Notes: a model not told the origin generated them from the letters alone. A stretch of DNA of 29,480 nt from Octopus sinensis (GCF_006345805.1 NW_021832914.1:1-29480); one strand, 5' to 3'; counted from the stretch's first letter, positions 9,794 to 22,497 are shown. Translations and numbers: made by a program.

Positions 9794-10788
9794 GGTGGTG
9801 GTGGTGGTGGTGGTGGTGGTGGTAGTAGTAGTAGTAGTAATAGTAGTAGTAGTAGTAGTAGTAGTTGTTGTTGTTGTTGTTGTGTTGTTGTTGTTGTTGT
9901 TGTTGTTGCTGCTGCTGTTGTTATTGTCTTCCTAGTGTGTCAAGTCGATTTAGATTGAATTAAATTTCAATAAAAAAAATATCCTCATGAAAACGAAATC
10001 ATCGTCATCATCGTCATCATCATCATCATCATCGTCACCGCCATCATCATCATCATCGTCATCATCGTCATCATCATTTATCATCATCACTAATATCATA
10101 ATCATTACTCTCATCATCATCGTCGTCGTCGTCGTCGTCACCGTCATCCTTGTCATCATCATCATCATCACCACCTTCCCTTCTATCATCATCATCATCA
10201 TCATTACCACCCATCATCATCATTATCATCATTCTTATCACTATCATCATCATCATCATCACCACCTTCCCATCTATCATCATCACCATCATCACCATCA
10301 TCATCACCATTATCATCACCATCATCATCATCATTCTTATCATCTTACCATCATCATCATCAATATCACTGTCGCTATCATCCATCTCCTCCTCCTCATC
10401 CCCCTCCTCTTCCTCCTCCTCCTCCTTACCATCTTCATCTGTGTACGTCTGGTGGTAGGTGGGAGTGCGATGGAACAGGAAGCCATATTTTTTTTTCTTA
10501 TGTTAGCAGCCATAATTATTATTTTATATTTGCAGCAATTTTGGGTTCTTTTTTTTTTGCTGATCTTACATTATTAGCTGCTGTGCTGTTGAAGGATCTG
10601 CCGATATTGCTATTCCTGCGGCTGCTGCTGCTGCTGCTTCTGCTGCTTCTTCTGCTGCTGTTACTGTTGATGTTTTTGTTGCTGTTGTTGCTACACTTGT
10701 AACTGTCGTAACATGTTGCTGTCATTGTTGTTGTTGCTGCTGTTGTTGATGTTATTGCTGATAGTGTTGTAGTTATAGTTGTTGCTGC

Positions 10789-10825
<37 letters not shown>

Positions 10826-10878
10826 ACTTTTGTTGTTATTGTTGTTGTTGTTACTTTTGTTGTTGTTGTTGTTATTTA
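9745..10878. repeat. Compound triplet repeats: (AGT)/(GGT)/(GTT) 9745-9925, (ATC)n 9998-10435, (GCT)/(GTT) 10575-10878
   Basis: Direct reading of the sequence. Confidence 0.95.
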
Positions 10879-10946
10879 ACACCAGGCCAAACATTATAGT
10901 CCTGATCCTTCTCTAATCAAATCCAATCCAATCCAATCGTAGTAAT

Positions 10947-11233
10947 CTCTCTTTACTCTTTTACTCTCTTTTACTTGTTTCAGTCATTTGGCTGCGGCCA
11001 TGCTGGAGCACCGCCTTTTAGTAAAGCAAATCGACCCCAGGACTTATTTTTTTGTAAGCCTAGTACTTATGTTATCGGTCTCTTTTGCCGAACCGCTAAG
11101 TTACGGAGACGTAAACACATCAGCATCGGTTGTCAAGCGATGCTGGGGAGACAAACAGACACACAAACACAAACTCACAAACACGAACACACACACACAC
11201 ACGCACGCACACACACACACACACACACACACA

Positions 11234-11266
<33 letters not shown>

Positions 11267-11743
11267 ATTTATGTGAAATAGAAAGATGAATAATCTTGTT
11301 GTAGATTAATCAAAAGTAACGATACCTTAGTAGCAAAAATCACAGCAGTAAACAGCACGGTTGGAGGTACAACCATCTGGCGTTGCAAACGTGCGTTGGT
11401 GCGGATAATTGAATTAAAACATTATTGGTGAATTGAAGAAATGGAGCTGAACGCAGATTGAACAGAAATCGTTTTATTAAACGATTTCTGTTCAATCTGC
11501 GTTCAGCTCCATTTCTTCAATTCACCAATAATGTTATATATATATATATAATATATTATATATATATATATACATATATACGACGGGCTTCTTTCAGTTA
11601 CCGTCTACCAAATTCACTCACAAGGCTTTGGTCGGCCCGAGGCTATAGTAGAAGACACTTGCCCAAGGTGCCATGCAGCGCGACGGAACCCGGAACCATG
11701 TGGTTCGTAAGCAAGCTACTTACCACACAGCCACTCCTACGCC
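10947..11743 (-). mobile_element. tRNA/CORE SINE (family B), full length, interrupted by a ~270-bp insert in its internal microsatellite
   Basis: 10947-11245 and 11581-11743 are reverse complements of the two halves of the intact copy at 15111-15600. Confidence 0.92.
11418..11535. repeat. Perfect inverted repeat, 57-bp arms with a 4-nt loop (TATT)
   Basis: 11418-11474 is the exact reverse complement of 11479-11535, checked base by base. Confidence 0.97.
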
Positions 11744-11929
11744 ATTTTTTTTTACCGCAGTCGTAAATAAGGAAGATTATGCTTAAAGACAATGTGGCGT
11801 GATTTGATAAAGATGAGGTTGCTCCTTTTTCGGTCGCGTTATGTATATATCGTGGTTACTGTATAACCGCAAGTCAACTGTGACTACAAGTTCCAATTCT
11901 CGTTACGTTGCGGTGGCTTGTGTATTTCA

Positions 11930-12173
11930 GTGACACTTGGAGCTATACAGAGGTCTAGAAAATAAAAGCAAAAGAAACAGAAGCATTGATGACAATTCAA
12001 AACCAACAAGACCTGGGAGAGGAAGGCTTTTCCTCAGCGAAATATGAGGGGGTGCAGCAAAATCTCGAAATGAAATAGGATCAGCTTGGAGAAAAGCAGA
12101 AAAGAAAACTCAAAGTCGTGAATGGTGGAGAAAAGTTATTGGTGGCCTAAGCGAGCAATGGTTTTAAGTAAGT
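11930..12173 (+). mobile_element. Degenerate RTE-type LINE 3' end
   Basis: Translates to ...IGSAWRKAEKKTQSREWWRKVIGGLSEQWF*, resembling the RTE C-terminal W..(L/A)E..AQ.R..WR..V.GL pattern, followed by a taagtaag tail. Confidence 0.55.
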
Positions 12174-12189
12174 TGTAATGCTGCTGAAT

Positions 12190-12316
12190 TATGACCACAA
12201 GCATTACAGTAATGATCATCTCTTTTCTCTTCAGACATAAGTATGTAGGGTTATCTCATCCAGTATTTCCTTCGATCTTTAAGACAATGGGGTACAATAT
12301 GAGGGAGATTTGACTG
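12190..12316 (-). mobile_element. Degenerate SINE-like tail fragment, related to 28755-29020
   Basis: Its reverse complement aligns loosely with 28755-28960 (caaa.ct..., tgcctgaa/tgtctgaa...gatgatcat...tggtcata). Confidence 0.45.
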
Positions 12317-13124
12317 TGGGGGGTGAATATGTATGTGAGCATAAGAGAGACAGAAAAAAAAATAAGCACTAACAAAGACGCGGGGAAAACATGAAACAAA
12401 TGGGAAAATTCCGCTCATCGGCTCCCTATCTATGGATCACGGCGGTTTCAACACCTTAAAACAGGTCTTATAAGCCTTTAGAAATTGTTGTTGTGTTTAA
12501 TACAAGGGAGGCGAGACACAAAGCATATGGAAAGCATGTAACTGGGGCAAATAAAAGAAAAACAATAGCCTTTTACGACCAAGATAAACAAAAATGTACT
12601 CAAGGCAGCTTTGCATATAAACAGTGTTAGGTAAATGAGAAATAGTAGAACTAAAAATTCAACAGCAGAGGAAATAGCGGTGAGATACGGGAACATGTAT
12701 GTTGTCCAAGGGAACTGTAGTCGAAAGAAAAAAAGAGGAAAAAAACAGGCTGGAGCGGATATAGGAAATGTTGTGAAAGAATTACATTCTGGGAACAGAA
12801 GACGAAAGAGTGATATATACAAAGTAAGAGTCATGGGGACTTTACCGCTATAGCCGTGATGGACTTAGTTATGTAGCCTTAGACATTTATCATATGTTTA
12901 GGTCCATCATGTAGATGGAATATAAACTGTACGGTATAGATGAGGATTATAAAGTAGCTGTATTTTAAGTAAGGAAAAACTCTACTGAGAAATATGCATG
13001 CTTTTTTTGTTTTGTTTTGATTGTTTTTTTCAATTGGTGCTCAAGTGTATGTGTAGACAATTTGGAAAGAGAAAAGAATGAAGTATTCTTAGATGGAGAT
13101 GGAATATTTGAGTGGCGAAGAAGA

Positions 13125-13260
13125 AGAAGAAGAAGAAGAACAAAACAACAACAACAACAACAACAACAAGTAGAAGAAGAAGAAGAACAACAACAACAAC
13201 AACAACAACAACAACGACAACAGCAACAACAACGACGACGATGACGATGATGATGATGAT
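13125..13260. repeat. Compound (GAA)/(CAA)/(GAC)/(GAT) microsatellite, followed by purine-rich low-complexity sequence to about 13575
   Basis: Direct reading of the sequence. Confidence 0.93.
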
Positions 13261-13848
13261 AAAGAACATCAGGGAAAAGACGTAGAAGGAAAAGAAAGAG
13301 AAGAAAAATTAGAAAAGGGAGGGAAAAGGAGGACGGGAAGGAGAAAGAGGAGAGAAGGGGACAAAAGAGACGGAGGGAAAAAAAAGGAGAGGTGGAGGAA
13401 GAAAGAGAAGCAGAGAGAAAAAGAAAGCTGGAGAGGAGTAGAAGGAGCGGCAGGGGAGAAGTCTGAAGAGAAGACTTGGGGGGGGGGAGAACTAGGAGAA
13501 ATAAGAGGAAAGAGATAGAGAAGTCGAATAGGGAAGTAATGGAAGAGGCGGAGGAGAGGAGTAGAAGAGGAAGGTATGTGGGAGGTGGCTAACGTTCTAG
13601 ATTTGTAACGGGGGAGCGGGGTAGGAAAATATCATTTTCTAGAAATGTTTTTAAAAAAGATAGGGACTTGATGGGTGTGATTTTTGATATGTTGGTTTTA
13701 ACTGACCGAAAATCTGTTTAAAAGGCTTGTAAGACTTAAAGTTATGTACTGAAGGGTCAAGGCAGAACACACCCAGTTTTGCTAAACGAAACAGGCGTCA
13801 ACTTATTCATATAAATACACTATATGTAGACATACGTGCATGCATATA

Positions 13849-13849
<1 letters not shown>

Positions 13850-13922
<73 letters not shown>

Positions 13923-14135
13923 AATATATATACTACACAAACATGTATGCATAAACACACACAGATGTATATGAATACACCCACGAACTACAGAAATAAG
14001 CGTATATTTATTATATACACCCATGCATATGCAGACAGGTTTAAGTTAATACATATATTATATTATCACGTATGCATAATGTGTGTGTGTGCATGTGTGT
14101 GTAGAAACTCACAGCCACTGCATGCATGCAGATAT

Positions 14136-14205
<70 letters not shown>

Positions 14206-14283
14206 TATAGATATAGATGTAGATATAGATATAGACAATATATATATATATATATTTATATATACATATAGATATAGATATAG

Positions 14284-14324
<41 letters not shown>

Positions 14325-14420
14325 TATATAGCACGCACATATACACACATACATATATTCATACATGCATATACACATATACATACACAACCGTTGATAT
14401 ATATATATATATATATATAA
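13850..14420. repeat. (TA)n-dominated microsatellite cluster, including (TAGATA)n
   Basis: Direct reading of the sequence. Confidence 0.93.
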
Positions 14421-14530
14421 TGACATTTAATTAGAAGATATATTGCAATCATAAATATGCTTGAAATATATCTAACACTCGAACCAGTAAACATCATATG
14501 CACAGAAATTATGTTCCATTTGTCTTCATA

Positions 14531-14980
14531 CGAGGGGGTACCCAAAAGAAACTGGAATTTTGCAATATCATATTAGTCATTAAGTTTTACATGTTTACAC
14601 TTTCGTCGCCTTCAAAGTATTCTTCATTTGAACCAACGCATTGGTCTATACGCGTTTTCTACTGTTCGAAGCAGTGCTGGAACTCTTGCGAAGTGGTACC
14701 TTTTAACACTTGCGTCGTCTTTTTTTCTTCACCTCTTCCTCGTCTGGAAATTCCGTAGCACCAGCTTTCGTCACCAGTGATGACCTTCGAAAAAAGGTCC
14801 GGATCAACTTCCAACTGTTTTTTTCAGCTCGCGACTGAAGCATTCCGTGAGCAGGCGAAGGACAAATTTTGCTGCAACTCATTTTATTCACAATTCCTCG
14901 CTCAAAATTCGTTGACAGGAGCTTCAGGACACGCAGTCATACCAAGAAGTTCGTCAATTGTTCATTGACGTTCCTCCAAG
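14531..14980 (-). mobile_element. Mariner (DD34D) transposon remnant: internally deleted transposase pseudogene plus 3' TIR
   Basis: Minus strand with frameshifts: TIDELLGMT..SSCQRILSEEL*IK*VAAKFVLRLLTE..EKQLEVDPDLFSKVITGDESWCYG, joined to FPDEEEVKK/KTTQVLKGTTSQEFQHCFEQ*KTRIDQCVGSNEEYFEGD. End sequence TA|CGAGGGGGTACCCAAAA at 14529-14547. Confidence 0.92.
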
Positions 14981-15110
14981 ATTATAACTCTGTTTGTGTG
15001 TGTTGTGCATAACTGAATTATCTTATAAATCTAAGTTTTTACGTATTTATATCTACCTATCTACGCACACACTCATACACACACACACACGCTCACACAC
15101 ACATATATAT

Positions 15111-15600
15111 GGAGTGGCTGTGTGGTAAGTAGTTTGCTTACCAACCACATGGTTCCGGGTGCAGTCCCACTGTATGGCATCTTGGCAAGTGTCTTCTACT
15201 ATAGCTTCGGGCCGACAAAGCCTTGTGAGTGGATTTGGTAGACGGAAAACTGAAAGAAGCCCGTATCGTCGTATGTATGTATATATATATGTATGGTGTG
15301 TGTGTATGTGTGTGTGTTGTGTGTGTGTGTGTGTGTGTGTTGTGTTGTGTGTGTGTGTGTGTGTGTGTGTGTTGTGTGTGTGTCGTGTGTCTGTGTGTCT
15401 GTGTTTGTCCCCCAACATCGCTTAACAACCGATGCTGGTGTGTTTACGTCCCCGTAACTTAGCGGTTCGGCAAAAGAGACCGATAGAATAAGTACTAGGC
15501 TTATAAAGAATAAAGTCCTGGGGTCAATTTGCTTGACTAAAGGCGGTGCTCCAGCATGGCCACAGTCAAATGACTGAAACAAGTAAACGAGTAAAGAGTA
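15111..15600 (+). mobile_element. tRNA/CORE SINE (family B), intact reference copy
   Basis: Head GGAGTGGCTGTGTGGTAAG, B-box-like GGGTGCAGTCCC, CORE-like ggcatcttggcaagtgtctt, internal (TA/TG)n at about 15272-15400, and a (GAGTAAA)-type tail. Confidence 0.93.
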
Positions 15601-15604
15601 TCTA

Positions 15605-15982
15605 TCAGGTCGTCCCATAAGTTCTGTCCGATTTTACTTCTTTTTTAAATTGAATGAAATTTAATTGTATTTTAGAATGTCTAATGGAATTTTAAATTAT
15701 TTTTCTGCATTCGTGTACATTTAAACTAATTAAATATTATTTTACAGAATAATATAATTGAAATTTCTTTGATTAAAACCTTTCTAACATGGAAGTATCC
15801 AAAGAGCATTTAAGGCATATAATACTTTATGAGTACAAAAAAGGAAACTCTGCAGCAGAAGCGACTCGAAACATACACTCAGTTTATGGGGAAGAATGCT
15901 TGAATGAAGGAACTTGCAGAAGATGGTTTTCAAAATGCAGAAGTGGAGATTTCAGCCTTGAAGATGAAGATCGAACAGGACT
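15605..15982 (+). mobile_element. Mariner transposon 5' fragment: TIR plus N-terminal HTH DNA-binding domain (15789-15980)
   Basis: TA|TCAGGTCGTCCCATAAGTTCTGTCCGA, then MEVSKEHLRHIILYEYKKGNSAAEATRNIHSVYGEECLNEGTCRRWFSKCRSGDFSLEDEDRTG, the typical mariner/SETMAR-type HTH. Similarity stops abruptly after RTG. Confidence 0.93.
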
Positions 15983-16084
15983 CTTATTTCTAGCAATGCT
16001 GGCGGTGACTAGTACCCTTAGGCACATTAGTGGCGTCTATACTTGTGCCTTTGGGTTAATAATTTATATATTCTGTATGTAAGT

Positions 16085-16148
16085 GTGTGTGTATATACAT
16101 ATATCTATATATATATATATATATATATATAACAAGATAATCTCAATT

Positions 16149-16198
<50 letters not shown>

Positions 16199-16223
16199 AT
16201 ATATATATACACATATATATACA

Positions 16224-16278
<55 letters not shown>

Positions 16279-16400
16279 CATATATATATACATAATATAT
16301 ATACATATATATGTGTGTGTATATACACACACACTCACCCGCACCACACACACGCTCACACACACACCCACACATACGCACACACTCTCACACGATACGC
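16085..16400. repeat. (TA)n/(CA)n microsatellite cluster
   Basis: Direct reading of the sequence. Confidence 0.95.
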
Positions 16401-16772
16401 ATAAAGATGTATTTGTTTTGTATGTGTGTAATCTTGTGCATGACAACTTGTAATTTGCATTAGCTTTCAAATTTTCTCAGCTCTCACGCGAATCCTTAAG
16501 ACTATTTCAAGAAAAATGATTTAATGCTTGGAACTATGTTCTTAGCTCGGCACAACACACTTAAGGGGTCACTGCTGTATCCCCTCCATCACGACCACTA
16601 CCATAACCAAATCTTGCAGGTTTTATTTAAGCTATTCTCTTGTGAAATGTTACTTAATAGACTTCACTTTTGGCTGTTTAACCAGATATTACATACCATT
16701 AGGTAGTTTTCCTTGAATATATATACGCGCGTATATGCATGCATATATGTATGAATACATGTATGTATGTAT

Positions 16773-16844
<72 letters not shown>

Positions 16845-16940
16845 GCAGGCAGGTAGGCAGACAGACAGATAGACAGATAGGCAGGCAAGCAGGCAGGCAG
16901 GCAGTCAGGCAGACAGACAGACGACAGACAGACAGACAGA
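16773..16940. repeat. (GATA)n grading into (GGCA)/(GACA)n
   Basis: Direct reading of the sequence. Confidence 0.95.
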
Positions 16941-17080
16941 TTTCTTTATTGGCCACGCAGGGCTGAACACAGAAGAGACAAATACAAAGTAGAGCTTTTC
17001 TTTTTGGAAAGAAGAGAAGGAAAAAGGGATCGGATTCCGATGAAAAGGGATCGTGAAAAAAAGTGGGGACGATCAATAGG

Positions 17081-17083
<3 letters not shown>
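16941..17083 (-). mobile_element. 5'-truncated LINE-like 3' end, copy 1, embedded in (GATA/GACA)n
   Basis: Aligns with 17350-17475. Ends in ...ccaataaagaaa followed by a (TCTG/TATC)n tail on the minus strand. Confidence 0.7.
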
Positions 17084-17135
<52 letters not shown>

Positions 17136-17329
17136 GACAAAAATCTGGCACTCCGTCGGCTACGAGGGTTCTAGTTGATGAATGGAACAGGCTGCTCGTG
17201 AAATTAACGTGCAAGTGGCTGAGCACTCCATAGAAACGTGTACCCTTAACGTAGTTTTCAGGGAGATTTAGCATGACACAGTGTGTGACAAGGCTGTCCC
17301 TTTGAAGTACAGGTACATTTTTGCCAGCT
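17136..17329 (-). mobile_element. SINE body fragment (third body type on the C/D head), 5'-truncated
   Basis: Its right end, catttttgccagct, matches 23005-23018 of the family D SINE. The remainder is a different body. Confidence 0.65.
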
Positions 17330-17349
17330 AAGATAGACAGATAGATACG

Positions 17350-17821
<472 letters not shown>

Positions 17822-17822
<1 letters not shown>

Positions 17823-18250
17823 ACCTGACATAATTTGGGATAGAGAAGCCAAACTGTACCGTTGTGGAAATGAGCATGAAAGTTAAAGATTGGCGAAAAA
17901 GAAAATACCTATGCTGAACTATTGAGGAATCTACAGCTGCTATATCCAGATTACAAGTTCAGGTTTATACCTGTAATTATTGGGATATAACCCTGGGATA
18001 TGTAACACACCGTCTAAATACCAATCTTGAGAAATTAGGCTTCTCAAAACCAGAAAGGAGAAAGCTGATTCGAAGACTACGGAACCAAGACATCACTGGA
18101 ACTGTAAATATCTGTAAAACTTTCCAGAAGTTTATCATTTAAGTGTTTATGCGCATGTCTAGACATGCAACTATAAGCATGAGAATACACAGATGAAAGA
18201 AAACAGAAATCTGCACACGCACTGACTTCAAATACTGCACATGTACATAC
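17822..18250 (+). mobile_element. Non-LTR retrotransposon 3' end with a REL endonuclease remnant (R4/Dong/NeSL-like)
   Basis: With frameshifts: PDIIWDREAKL/TVVEMS/EKENTYAELLRNLQLLYPDYKFRFIPVIIG/LGYVTHRLNTNLEKLGFSKPERRKLIRRLRNQDITGTVNICKTFQKFII* (stop at 18140-18142). This matches the PD..E..K..Y..L...IPxIIGALG REL pattern. Confidence 0.85.
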
Positions 18251-18473
18251 TTATTTCTTTATTGCCCACAAGGGGCTAAACATAGAGAGGACAAACAAGG
18301 ATAGACAAACGGATTGAGTCGATTACATCGACCCCAGTGCGTAACTGGTACTTAATCGTTAGCACGCCGGGTGAAATGCTTAGCAGTATTTCGTCTGCCG
18401 CTGCGTTCTGAGTTCAAATTCCGCCGAGGTCGACTTTGTCTTTCACCTTTTCGGGGCCGATCAAATAAGTACC
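18251..18473. mobile_element. Family A SINE with an inverted 5' half (minus 3' half 18251-18356, plus 5' half 18357-18473)
   Basis: The tail half reads on the minus strand up to ggtacttaat. It is followed directly by cgttagcacgccgggtgaaatg...aaataagtacc in plus orientation. Confidence 0.88.
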
Positions 18474-18704
18474 TATTTCTTTACTGCCCACAAGGAGCTA
18501 AACACAGAGAGGACAAACAAGGACAGACAAATGGATTAAGTCGATTACATCGACCCCAGTGCGTAACTGGTACTTAATTTATCGACCCCGAAATGATGAA
18601 GGGCAAAGTCGACCTCGGCGGAATTTGAACTCACAACGTAACGGCAGACGAAATACCGCAAAGCATTTCGCCCGGCGTGCTAACGTTTCTGCCAGCTCGC
18701 CGCC
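18474..18704 (-). mobile_element. Family A SINE, full-length monomer
   Basis: Reverse complement of the 926-1155 type sequence. Confidence 0.93.
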
Positions 18705-19400
18705 TTCCTGCACATATACATACATGCAAAAATACCCTATTGATGTTGTTAAAATTCCAGTGAAATGGCCTTGGATCTAGGTTAGAAACTGACACTTTCT
18801 CTAATGGCAAGAATACTGGTTATATCCTTTAAAGAATTATTTTATGATGTGCAAATGGATACCATGAGTTTATTTTCAGATATACTTATTAGGGGGGGGT
18901 TTTTTGTATTATCTGAAATAGAATACCTGCATATCAATTAATCCCCAAAAACTGAATTATTATTGACTTTTATTAGATACTTTGTATATTTCTAGATAAT
19001 ATATAAATATATGATAGAGAAGACCCCAAGGTACGATAAGCATATGCATGTAATGCTGAAGGGTTGTACATAACTGATTTCGAAATTCGTTTTCTCAAAT
19101 TATTTAAATATATATATATATATACAAATATATATATACAAAATTTAGACGATTGATCACAAAAAGTGGACAGCCTGTATACTAGAAATAGACGTCAAAA
19201 TCGCCATTTTCCACGGAGAATGTGTTCTCAAGAAGAAATTCAGCAAAAAGCCAAAGCGTAAAAATAAGCAAGACAAATGAAAATATAGGCAATAAAAAGC
19301 GATTACATATGTACTAATTAGTTTCACTTGTTAATAATTTACGTATATGAATACATAAACATCTGCAAGATCATCAGCATAGTCTGTCGTATATGAAACA

Positions 19401-19440
19401 CAATTTCTAGAACTAGATACAGTTCTAGTTCTAGAAATTG
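19401..19440. repeat. Perfect 17-bp inverted repeat with a 6-nt loop
   Basis: CAATTTCTAGAACTAGA-TACAGT-TCTAGTTCTAGAAATTG. Confidence 0.95.
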
Positions 19441-20021
19441 AACAAGAAATTGAACTAAATATATATATAGATATGTGTGTAATATATATGTAAATATACA
19501 TATATACATACATATACATATACATATATATACATATGCCTTTCTTTCTTTCTATCGGGTCTCTTTCTCCCTTTGCTTCCATCTCTTCCTCAGCGTTTTC
19601 CTCTGCCCTTCGCTACCTGTTTTCCCTTTCCCTCCCTCTCCCTCTATCTATCTAACTTCTTATTTCAATCTCTATTATCTATCTCTCTTTCTCTCTCACT
19701 CTCTCTCCTCCCCTTTTTCGGCACCACTTCACCATCCCATTTCACCCTTTCCTATTCGTTCTTGACTGTTGACCTGCTCAGTCACGCTCCTCTTGGGCTC
19801 CCGTCTTAGCATTTACCGCAAGCCCTGATTTCGTCTTATTTTTACACCTTTCATTCAAACTTTCTTTCTATTTCTTCCATCCTTCTCCCTTTCTTCCAAT
19901 CTTTCCATCTCTCTTCTTTCGCTTTCAAGTCCTATAGGACATCATTTTCCATTAGCGTTTCTTCACACATGTCATGTCTTAATACCGCCTCATAGCTGTA
20001 TGATCTTTATTTGTACTTTCA

Positions 20022-20477
20022 TTCTTTTACTCTTTTTTCTTTTACTTGTTCCAGATATTTGACTGCAGGCATGCTGGAGCACCATCTTAAAGGTTTTTTC
20101 TTTGTAAACCTAGTACTTATTCTACCGCTAAGGTATGGGGACATAGACACATCAACATCGGTTGTCAAGCGATGGTGGGGGGACAAACTCAGACACAAAG
20201 CCGCACACACATAAATACATACATACATATGCTGAGACCCCCTTCGGTCATGACTGACCATGGGATTGCACCTAGAAAGTTACCCTCCCAGGTACAAGTC
20301 CGGGCAGGTTGTTTATGGAAGACCATATGGAGTCGCCCATGCATACCGGCCTATCCCTCTCCACACCACCAGTGGTATCCAAGGGAAAGGCAAAGGGGCC
20401 GATACAGCTTGGCACCTGTAACGTCGCAACTCATTTCTACATATATATATATATATATTTGTGTGTGTGTGTATATA

Positions 20478-20513
<36 letters not shown>

Positions 20514-20692
20514 TGTATGTATGTATGTATTTATGTATGTACGTATGTATGTATATACGATGGACTTCTTTCAGTTTCCATATATCAAATCCACTCACAA
20601 GCTTTTGGTCGGCTCGAGGCTAAAGTAGAAGACACTTGCCCAAGGTGCCACGTAGTGGGAAGCAAGCTTCTTAATGCACAGCCACACCTGTG
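20022..20692 (-). mobile_element. Family B SINE with internal deletions, interrupted by a family C SINE
   Basis: 3' half at 20022-20230 and 5' half at 20557-20692 align with 15111-15600. Confidence 0.85.
20231..20441 (-). mobile_element. Family C SINE 3' portion nested in the host SINE microsatellite
   Basis: Its reverse complement aligns with 3850-4047. Confidence 0.88.
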
Positions 20693-20887
20693 TATTTTTA
20701 CAAGTGTCAAACTACTTGTGTCGCTTGTTTGTTTGCGTCACTGTCCTTTACACTCGCTCAATTATTCTCAGCAGCGTTTTGCTGTTGGAGCAGCTATATC
20801 CGCCAACTAGGGGCTACAATGGATGAGATGATTCGTCTCCCTTCCGCGACTCTATCGCTTCTGAGAGTTAACCTCAGGCGCTTGAAG

Positions 20888-21480
20888 TGACCAACAACAA
20901 CAACAACACTAACACCTCCACTATCACTTCCTACACCAATTTCTATCAAACAACTCCAACGTCACCACCAACACTGCCGCTATCGCCACCTCCACTACCA
21001 CACCATTACCACCAGCAAAACCACCAACACCACCGCGACCACTATCACTTCCACCGTCATCATAATCCCCGCCAACACCAACACCACCACTACAACCAGT
21101 AAAACCATCAATACCACCACGACCATCAATACCACCACAACCGCCATCACTTCCACCAACATCATCAATACCAACAATACCATTGCCACAAGTATCGCCA
21201 CCACAAACAACCAACGCCACCAACACCACCATCACGCCATCACTGCCACCAACACCACCACTATCACTACCACTAGCGCCACCAACAACAACAACCAACA
21301 CCACCAACGCCGCCACCACCACCATCACCAACAACAATGCTACCATCCCATCACACAACTACGTCACCACACTACCACTTGCCTACCATCACCACACCAC
21401 TACAAGTCCACCACCACTTGACCATAACACACCATGATAACACCACATCTCCACGCTCAATTACAACGCCACCGCAGCAC
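20888..21480. repeat. Degenerate (ACC/AAC)n triplet region
   Basis: Direct reading of the sequence. Confidence 0.92.
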
Positions 21481-21689
21481 TATAGAACGCCACAACTCTA
21501 CGCCGCCATCTTTACAATCTATATTCATTGCTAAACAGCGTGTACTTTAATACAGACGATCTCGTATGCATGGATATAAGATATTGATTCACATTTTGGT
21601 AGCATTTAACAAAGAATCTTTTGGCCTGCTCCTATCTACTACGCATGATTCTCTCTTTGTCTCTTACTTGCTCTATCTCTTTCTCGTTG

Positions 21690-21738
<49 letters not shown>

Positions 21739-21807
21739 GCTCTTTCTGGCTCTCGCTCTCTCACTCTTTCTCCATCTCTCGTTCTCTCTTTCTCTATCTA
21801 CATACCG

Positions 21808-21869
<62 letters not shown>

Positions 21870-22019
21870 TTATCTCAATTTAGCTCTCGTTTTCTCTCTC
21901 TTCCCGCCAACATTTATACGTATAGAGAGAGAGTGGAAGAAATAAAGTTGGAATTAGAAAGAAAATAACTTCATTTCTTTTATTCTTTCTCCTCCCCTCT
22001 CTCTTTATCTATCCATCTT

Positions 22020-22056
<37 letters not shown>

Positions 22057-22437
22057 TTATCTATCTATCTATCTCTATTTTTCTCACTTACTCTCTATTT
22101 ATCTTGCTGTCGCTCTTCTCATCCTCTCTCTCCACCCTTCTATCTGCATCACTCCCATATTTCCTTTTCTCTTTCTTCGTGATTCCAGCTCCGTTTCGTT
22201 CTGTTTTTTTTGGCGGGGGAGGGGGTTGCTCCCTTTTTTTCTCTATCTAGATATCTAATATATGTATATATGTATGTATGCATGTATGTATGTATGTATG
22301 TGTGTATTTTTATGTATGTATATGTGCATGCATATGGATGGATGCATGCATACATATATGTATGTAATTGTGTCACAATTTCTTCCCGTCTCAGCATTTT
22401 TCTCATCTCGGAAGTCTAGCTGTTCCTCATTCTCTTT

Positions 22438-22487
<50 letters not shown>

Positions 22488-22497
22488 TACCATCATC
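21690..22497. repeat. (CT)n, (TATC)n, (TATG)n and (CAT)n microsatellites in a pyrimidine-rich region
   Basis: Direct reading; (CAT)n at about 22437-22497. Confidence 0.92.

Noticed and set aside
11340-11475. A second hammerhead ribozyme in the hairpin insert
   Set aside because: Small stems exist, but I could not place CUGANGA and GAAA in the required register on either strand.
12340-13000. ORF 12635-12853 and flanks as an exon or a LINE endonuclease remnant
   Set aside because: Only a vague resemblance (RRKSDIYKVRVM) to APE domains, with stops in frame and no convincing motif or splice sites. TBLASTX against TE libraries would be needed.
15789-16082. 97-aa ORF as a host SETMAR-like gene
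   Set aside because: A mariner TIR with TA lies directly upstream, similarity ends at residue 64, the rest is unrelated read-through, and there is no SET domain.
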